Positions 56,609 to 64,000 of a DNA stretch of 64,000 nt are shown here, piece after piece. The DNA is from Squalus acanthias (Eukaryota). The notes under the pieces were generated by a model. That model did no database searches and was not told the origin of the DNA. It saw nothing but the letters and a program-made list of their open reading frames with translations. Both the position numbers and the translations under genes were made by a program. The stretch covers positions 137,518,001 through 137,582,000 of the forward strand of contig CM059431.1 of assembly GCA_030390025.1 (NCBI GenBank), in the 5' to 3' direction. Within the stretch, counting starts at the first letter, position 1; every line of letters starts with the position of its first letter.

Positions 56609-57521
56609 GGGGTTAAGTCTACGAGAGGGCGGTTCAGTCTGAGAGAGGGGGCGGTTCAGTCTGAGAGAGGGGCGGTTCAGTCTGAGAGAGGGCGCGGTTC
56701 AGTCTGAGAGAGGGGGCGGTTCAGTCTGAGAGAGGGGTTGGTTCAGTCTGAGAGAGGGGACGGTTCAGTCTGAGAGAGGGGGCGGTTCAGTCTGAGAGAG
56801 GGGGCGGTTCAGTCTGAGAGGGGCGTTCAGTCTATGAGAGGGCGGTTCAGTCTCAGAGAGGGGGCGGTTCAGTCTGAGAGAGGGGCGGTTCAGTCTGAGA
56901 GAGGGCGCGGTTCAGTCTGAGAGAGGGGGCGGTTCAGTCTGAGAGAGGGGTCGGTTCAGTCTGAGAGAGGGGACGGTTCAGTCTGAGAGAGGGGGCGGTT
57001 CAGACTGAGAGAGGGGGCGGTTCAGTCTGAGAGAGGGGGCGGTTCAGTCTGAGAGAGGGGGCGGTTCAGTCTGAGAGAGGGGGCGGTTCAGTCTGAGAGA
57101 GGGGGCGGTTCAATCTGAGAGAGGGGGCGGTTCAGTCAGAGAGAGGGGGCGGTTCAGTCTGAGAGAGGGGGGGGTTCAGTCAGAGAGAGGGGGCGGTTCA
57201 GTCAGAGAGAGGGGACGGTTCAGTCTGAGAGTGGGGGCGGTTCAGTCTGAGAAAGGCAGCGGTTCAGTTTGAGAGCGGGGACGGTTCAGTCTGAGAGAGG
57301 GGGCGGTTCAGACTGAGAGAGGGGGCGGTTCAGTCTGAGAGAGGGGGCGGTTCAGTCAGAGAGAGGGGGCGGTTCAGTCTGAGAGAGGGGGGGGTTCAGT
57401 CAGAGAGAGGGGGCGGTTCAGTCAGAGAGAGGCTACGGTTCAGTCTGAGAGTGGGGGCGGTTCAGTCTGAGAGAGGGGGCGGTTCAGTTTGAGAGAGGGG
57501 TCGGTTCAGTCTGAGAGAGGG
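56609..57521 (+). repeat. 22-bp minisatellite block (start of unit 3, runs into gap)
   Basis: Same variant order as 43907 onward. Confidence 0.98.
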
Positions 57522-57721
57522 NNNNNNNNNNNNNNNNNNNNNNNNNNNNNNNNNNNNNNNNNNNNNNNNNNNNNNNNNNNNNNNNNNNNNNNNNNNNNNN
57601 NNNNNNNNNNNNNNNNNNNNNNNNNNNNNNNNNNNNNNNNNNNNNNNNNNNNNNNNNNNNNNNNNNNNNNNNNNNNNNNNNNNNNNNNNNNNNNNNNNNN
57701 NNNNNNNNNNNNNNNNNNNNN
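57522..57721. other. Assembly gap (200 N)
   Basis: Run of N. Confidence 1.
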
Positions 57722-57739
57722 ACTCATAAAGCTCGGCGT

Positions 57740-58130
57740 GATACAGGACAAACCATTCTGCTTGATTCTAATTCCATAATATGCACCCCGTCCAGCATCA
57801 GTGCACTAATGCTGCAGTATGTATAATCCACAGAAATTCACAAAGATAAATCGACATCACCACTCAGACCAACGCTCTCTACCACTGATAACGATAAGAA
57901 CAGCGACATTGTGAGATACCCGCTGCTCCAATGTCCCCTGCAAGTGACTGGCCATCCTGACCTGGGCACATATTAAGGTTCCTTCACCGTTGGTGAGTCA
58001 AAATACTGAGATTACCTTCTTGGCACAATCCTAGTAACATCATCACCACAAGGATTGCAGCGGTTGGTAAAGGCCAACAAGGACCTACCTGAGGCAGCTA
58101 GAGACGTCACATTATAACAAACGGTTCGAG
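57740..58130 (+). mobile_element. Highly decayed LINE 3' fragment, similar to the family at 3291-4906
   Basis: Diverged matches to 4460-4860 (gctgcagtatgtataatccac; ccttcaccgttggtgagtcaaaat; caccacaaggattgcagcggtt). Confidence 0.55.
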
Positions 58131-58669
58131 TGATAAACAATGGACCATTTTCGATATGGAGACGGGTGAGCAAAAGGAAAGGCATATTGAAGAGAAACAT
58201 GAGGCCACTGCTGGCCTGATATTGTGGGTGCCATGTTTCCAGTCGGTAACTGCATTCGGTGAAGCTCATATGAGATGGACTCTGTTGTTTATGGGGTAAT
58301 TTGCGCACACTTAGTGTAATGCTGGAGTACTTTGAATAGCTTTGCAGTGTCCTTTCTGATGAATGGAAAATCAGACACGACGCAGAATGGAGAGGAAAGC
58401 AGGGAAGATAATAAGGTATAGAAGAGATGGAAAGGGAAGCATCAGATATAGAGACGGAGAGCAAACGGATCAAGGGACAGAATCAGGAATCTTGCAGGAG
58501 GAAAGGAAGGAGAAGCGGAGAATAAGGATTGTAGCAGGTGGGGGAGGGAAGGAAACATCAGGAGCAGAATAGGTGAGGAACCAAACATGTAGCACTGGAA
58601 GGAGTGGCACGGAGAGGGAGGAAGAGGATTCAGGCACATAAGAGTCGGGAGTCCAAAAATTTACCTGTC

Positions 58670-59441
58670 TCGACGTTGAATATACCCAACGATTCAACAT
58701 CCACAGCTCTTCGTGTTAGATAATTCTAAAGATTCACAACTCTGAGTGAAGAAATTCTTCCCTATCTCAGTCTTCAATTGTAAACCCCTTATCCTGAGAC
58801 TCTGCCCCCTATTTTAAGAGTCTCCAGCCAGGGGAAACAACCTCTCAGCATTTACCCTATCAATCCCCCTCAGAATCTTATGTGTTTCAATGAGATCACC
58901 TCTCATTCTTCTAAACTACAGAGAGCATAGACCCAATCTGCTCAATCTCTTCTCAGAGGACAACCCTCGCAACCCAGGGATCAATCTACTGAATCTTCGT
59001 TGCGCCAAGGCAAGTATATCATTCCTCAGAAATGGAGACCAAAACTGTGTGCAGTACTCCGGGTGTGGTCTCAAAAAAGCCCTGTACAATTGTAGCAAGA
59101 CTTCCATACTGTTGTACTCCAACCCGGCTTGCAATAAAGGCCAATATGCCGTTCGCCCTCCTAATTGTTTGTTCTACCTGCATGCTAGGTTTCTGTGTTT
59201 CATTTACGAGGACACTAAATTTCTCTGAATACCAAAATGTAATAGTTACTCACCGTTTAAAAATGTTTCTGTTATTCTATTTTTCATACCAAAGTGAATA
59301 ACCTCACAGTTCCCCACATTATAATCGATCTGCCACCTTATTGCCCACTCACTTAACCTGTCGATATCCCTTTGCAGGGTTTTTGTGTCCTGCTCACAGC
59401 TTAATTAGCCACCTAGATTTGTATCATCAGCAAATTTGTAT
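58670..59441 (-). mobile_element. Decayed CR1 ORF2 fragment, cut by the ERV LTR
   Basis: LLQLYRAFLRPHPEYCTQFWSP in ORF 58916-59134. The FADD-encoding gtatcatcagcaaa lies just before the LTR. Confidence 0.85.
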
Positions 59442-59973
59442 TGTAAGAGTAAAAAAAATAATTGTAATAATGTAAGGGCAAATCAGTTGTAATGTATAAG
59501 ATTAGTTGATCTGCTTAAAGGACTATAGTAAAGGTCAAAGTATCTCCCTTAGGCATGGAGACGGGTATAATTAGATAAAAGACCAACTTGCTTAGGCTGC
59601 AGTATAGATAATGCAGACACTGCAGAACAAAAATGTGAATCATTGTTTTTCTATAAACTAACCTCGAATAGGTGTAAGAATGAAACCTTGCAGCGCAGAT
59701 GGCTGCCGAAAAGCAGAAGTAAAAAATAAGTTTCGCTAACAGTGTAAAATTCTAATCAAGTTGTTTTTAGAGATCATAAGTGTCGCTTATGATGTAATAA
59801 CTGTGCTGAGGTTTGTATTTTCTGGCTTCTGGAAGTATATAAAGAAGCTTGGGTGAGCACTGTTAGATTGAGAAGCTGGTCATTAGGCCGTAGGCTGTGA
59901 CCTTTCTCCCAGAGCGCTCTGAATAATAAACTGTGATCTTTTGCTTCTCGAGTGAATTAATTTTTCACCAACA
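59442..59973 (+). repeat. 5' LTR of second ERV (532 bp)
   Basis: Starts TGTAAG and ends CCAACA. TATATAAA at 59836, AATAAA at 59925, PBS immediately downstream. Confidence 0.8.
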
Positions 59974-59975
59974 AT

Positions 59976-59993
59976 TGGCATAGTCGGCAGGAT
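59976..59993 (+). promoter_or_regulatory. Primer-binding site, tRNA-Ser(AGA/TGA type)
   Basis: TGGCATAGTCGGCAGGAT, one CpG-type mismatch from TGGCGTAGTCGGCAGGAT (tRNA sequence from memory). Confidence 0.85.
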
Positions 59994-60552
59994 GCTCTGG
60001 GACTGAAAGACCGCCCGTTCCAGTGAAGCCGGAGGAGAAGTCAAATTTTAACCGTCCAGAAAATGAATCGCTTGGGACGGCAGAGAGACAGTGCCATAGC
60101 ATCACGAATCAAGTGAAAGTCTGTTAGAGGTAGAACACAGCTGTGTAAGTGTGGATCGCGTGTACTAAGGGAACACTGTGTAGCGATAAATGTCGCGAAG
60201 GTATGAGTGATTGACTGATCGACATGGACAAGGAGGGCGCCTGTCTCACACACCTAGCCTGAGCCGGAATTAAGAGGGCGATTGGGCCCCACGTAATGGC
60301 CAAGATCAAGTAGGCGTAGAGAACCAAAGTACCCTGGGATCGTGAAGTCAATTAATATATGTGTGTGTGTAATGTGACTATGTAACCGCTTGAAAGTCTT
60401 TAAAGTATCAACAGAAGTCCGGGTAGAGGAACTCAGCATTTGATAAGACTGTAAGTTGGACTATATTTGGCGTCGGGGAAAGAAATAGAATAGGGACGAA
60501 TGGTGCCCTTACTAGGTTCTATATAGACGACCAGACGGGTTTAGTTGATAAG

Positions 60553-60924
60553 ATGATGAAGGAGGGGTGGGACCCGCTCCAGAATCGGAAGGTAGAAGAG
60601 AGTGTTAGAGGATCAAAAACAATAAAGACCAAAAAGGCGAGGGTAATACTAGTAAACCAATTAGTCGCATTAACTGACAAGGTGCAACGACTCTACACTA
60701 AACTTGCAAGTAAAAATGAAAGAATTCTTGAATTAGAACAAGAGCTATTATTATACAAAGGAGGTTGCAAGTATGGTCTCACTCTGCGGGAGAAAGGAAG
60801 AGACGTACCTCTGACAACAATTAACCGATTGAAGATGATTAAGAAAGGGTATGAGTCAGGAAACAAACCAACATGGAAGTTATTAATATTCGTGCCGAGA
60901 CAAATAAAACTCAAGGTTTGCTAA
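60553..60924 (+). pseudogene. Possible gag N-terminal remnant (coiled-coil-like)
   Basis: First sizeable ORF after the PBS; LTDKVQRLYTKLASKNERILELEQEL. No diagnostic motif. Confidence 0.4.
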
Positions 60925-61899
60925 TTGACAGGAACCTTGGAAAAATAAAAAATGCTGGGATCTCAGTTTGTGTAGAAAGTGTGTGTTAAATAGTAAAAGT
61001 TTTCCTGACTGTGAATGTGTAAGAAGTTACAGTATTTATTTTGTCTGAAAGTCTGTTTTAAAAAAAAAGTGGAAGTCATTTTTGTTTTAGCTCCACCCAC
61101 TCTTTTGTTCGGAGAGCTAGAAGCTGTTTAACCCTTTGAAGACCTGTCTTGAATGACGGACAAGTATGTGTTGTTTTAAGTTTGTTAATTGTTTTACAAA
61201 AGATAAGCTTCAGCCTTGAAGTCACAGTTGCCAATATGCCTGGAAGAAAATGAATTTGAATGTTTACAAGGCATGAGTAATTGTTTCTTTGTTAATGTGG
61301 TTTCTTTCTTTTCCAAATGATACTGGTTAGTTTTAAAAAACTGATCTGGATTGAATTGGAGTTAGAGGTGAATTAACCTATTAAAACCAGACTTTCATTG
61401 TGATCACGGTGAAATTCTGGTTGGTGTAAATTTGTGTATAAGATTGTGCACCCAGAATTGAAACAAAACTTCACACTACAATTTAAGTTATGCTGGTGTG
61501 TAAAAACTGAGAAGAAAAACAAAAAGTTGGTTTAACAAAAGATTAAGTTTCAGTCTAAGATTTAACTTTGGAGTCGCGGTTGCTATGGTGGAATCCTCCG
61601 AAGCAATTTGTTTAAAAGTGAGAAACTAATTTTTCTCCAGTTGTAAGCAACAACTTTAGTATGGCTGAACAAAATTTAAAGATATTGGACATTATTAAAT
61701 TTAAGTGTCCTAATTTTAAGTTAGTATTTCCCCACAGTGATGGAAGGAAAATTAAGATTTGATAAATTAACCCCTTGGGCTCTTAAAAAGAACTATATCA
61801 GATAGCCAGAAAGCAAAGTGGGAAACAATCCTCTGACCAAGAGATGGATCAGTATTAATACAAAAACACACTGCAATAAACCCAGCATCCGGAATATTT

Positions 61900-62460
61900 A
61901 CAGAGGGAGTTATATGACCTCCATTGGAAAGGTAGTAAAACATGGAAAGCTAATAGAAAGGTTAGTTAAGGTAACACAGGCACCTTTAGAAACCGTGGTA
62001 ATTAAAATAAATGCCCACACGAAGATAGACATGGACTCATAGGAGTCTCAGGATCAGGCTCCCATAGGAAATCGGAATGCAGATTTGGCCGCAAAACTAG
62101 CCGTGGAGGAACTTAAACCAGAAGCCGTGTTAAATATGGTCATGACAGCCAGTGGGGTACAGGAAGTGAATATAATGGAGGTACAAGAAAATACTAGTAA
62201 AGAGGAAAAGGAGAGATGGAAACAAGCTGGCGCACAGTTACGAGATGGAATTTGGAGATGGGGCCCACGAAACCAGGTGGTGGCACCGGAATGCGGTAGA
62301 CAACAACTGATGGGGCTGTACCATGGTGTAACACATACCGGCAGAAGTAACATGTTGCACCTACTGACACAGTACTGGTAGTGGCCAAAGATGGGTCTAG
62401 AGGTGGCGAAGTATTGTCACCGTTGTATAATATGCGCTAAGAATAATGTAGGACAGAGAT
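61900..62460 (+). pseudogene. pol fragment 1: RNase H C-terminal half + integrase HHCC zinc finger
   Basis: VKHGKLIERL..VVIKINAH..GNRNADLAAK..LYHGVTHTG..YW*WPKM..YCHRCIICAKNN, with internal stops. Confidence 0.8.
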
Positions 62461-62469
62461 GCAGAGTTA

Positions 62470-63980
62470 GAGTAGCAAACCAACTGTGATGGCAGGGGAT
62501 ATCGTCTTACACACTCGGCATACACTGGTAGAGATGTTAAATACCGGGAAACTACGGTCAGTTTCCAATATGCGGCGAGCTCGTTGGGAAGCAGTCCTAC
62601 TGCCGATAGACCAGACAGTTAAGATAATTCGGGATACAGGGGAAAACCCCGCGGAAGGCATCCTGAGCGAGGGAAGCCCCCATCAGTGCTCAGAGACGAT
62701 GGAGATCTAGACGAAACCCTCGTGCAGGACAAACCGCTGGAGGAAGCTCAGATGACACTGTACGTAGACGGGTCAAGGAAATATGTAGAGGGATCTCCCC
62801 GGACAGGATGGGCAGTAGTAAATGATCAGTTGGAAACAGAAATGTCGGGAAGGTTAGACGGAGGCTTGTCGGCACAAGTAGCCGAGATAGTAGCGTTAAC
62901 AAAGGCGCTAGAATTAGCAAGGGGAAAGACAGTAAACATCTACACGGATAATAGATATGCATTCGGAGTGGTACACGATTATATGACAGCTTGGGGGAGC
63001 AGGGGGTTTGTGACAACTGGAGGGGATCACATAAAACACCAGCAGCGAATAGAGGCCCTCTTGGAAGCCACAAATGCCCCAGCACAAGCTGCAGTAATAA
63101 AAATCAAAGCGCACCAGAAGATACAGAATCAGGAGCAAAAAGGGAACCAGGCCGCTGATCTAGCAGCACAGCGAGCTCTTGAACAAGAAATGGTTGAAGG
63201 GAACGTAGCTAGTGCACAGGTAGAGGAAATAGATATCAGTAAATTGCATGTAGGCGCCCCAGAGGACGAAAGACAGGAATGGTACCGAGTAGGGGGTAGA
63301 TCAAATGAAGAGGCAATATGGCGAAAGAATGGAAAGGTGATAGCCCCCGCGTGCATCAGACAGACACTTTTAGAACTACATCATGGAAAGAATATATGCA
63401 GATGGATGGGCATAAAACAGAAATTCCACATCCCATAGCATCGTCAAAGTTCTGGAATGGTAGAAAGAATGAATCGCACCTTAAAAACTGCGGTAGCCAA
63501 AGCATTGGGGGAAAAACAGCAACGGTGGGTGGATGTGCTACCCACAGTATTAATGAAACTAAGAGCCACCCCAAATCGAACCACGGGCCTATCACCATAT
63601 GAGCTAATGACGGGGAGGGCAATGCAGCTCCCCCCATGGTATAATGACTGGAGGAGAAGATGTGGGTCCCCTAAAGGATAAACTCCGCAGATATGTCCTG
63701 GAAATGAGTAACCAATTAAAATAAATGAAACAGCAAACTAGGAAAAGACAGGAAGAAAGAGATAACGATTTGGAATTGACCGCATTTCCATATATCCCTC
63801 CAGCGAGGACCAAGGTAATGGTTAAGAATCTACCAGGAAAACTCGGGTTCGCCCCAAAAATGGTCGGGACCATATCAGAGTTTAATTAGTGGGGATACGT
63901 GTGCTTGCATTAATATAAAGGGCATGGGACGATGGAAGCACTGGACACAGCTGAAAGCCTATGACCCTTCTCCAATTTAA
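62470..63980 (+). pseudogene. pol fragment 2: tether, RNase H, internally deleted integrase
   Basis: RRARWEAVL; LYVDGS..SAQVAEIVAL..IYTDNRYAFGVVH..KIKAH..GNQAADLAA; HIP*HRQSSGMVERMNRTLK; GLSPYELMTGR; GPY..WKHWTQLK. Several frameshifts and stops. Confidence 0.88.
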
Positions 63981-64000
63981 GAATGGATACACCAGAACAA

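Larger units (their letters stand above)
59442..64000 (+). mobile_element. Defective endogenous retrovirus (continues beyond window)
   Basis: LTR and PBS, short gag-like ORF, AT-rich spacer, RNase H and integrase remnants. No PR/RT seen. Confidence 0.85.

Noticed and set aside
18352..57521. CRISPR-like array or Ig class-switch region
   Set aside because: No unique spacers, eukaryotic context, no Ig gene segments in the window and no AGCT clusters. It is a simple tandem satellite.

Overview
Eukaryotic, almost entirely repeat-derived window. The LINE families look like those of cartilaginous fishes (shark/ray), but this is an inference. 1-10 kb: nested, decayed CR1-group LINEs with small unique islands that carry possible minus-strand 5' exons. 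10.8-17.4 kb: a two-gene PIF/Harbinger DNA transposon (DDE nuclease on +, spliced Myb/SANT partner on -, RTE insertion in its intron), bracketed by two of its own MITEs in inverted orientation. 18.4-57.5 kb: a G-rich 22-bp minisatellite (GGTTCAGTCTGAGAGAGGGGAC) interrupted by a young retrovirus-like element on the minus strand. That element has a 1.62-kb LTR, a perfect tRNA-Arg(TCG) PBS, intact gag, an in-frame UGA-CUAG junction, and intact pol (PR-RT-tether-RNase H-IN). In the env position it has a signal-peptide ORF with an immunoglobulin-fold signature, truncated together with the 3' LTR. Two further solo LTRs recur at a ~6.35-kb period with identical satellite flanks. After a 200-N gap come LINE debris and a second, decayed ERV (532-bp LTR, tRNA-Ser PBS) with two tandem RNase H/integrase-N-terminal segments and no visible PR/RT. 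Best candidate for something new: the satellite-embedded loki-like retroelement with an Ig-domain ORF in place of a recognisable env.
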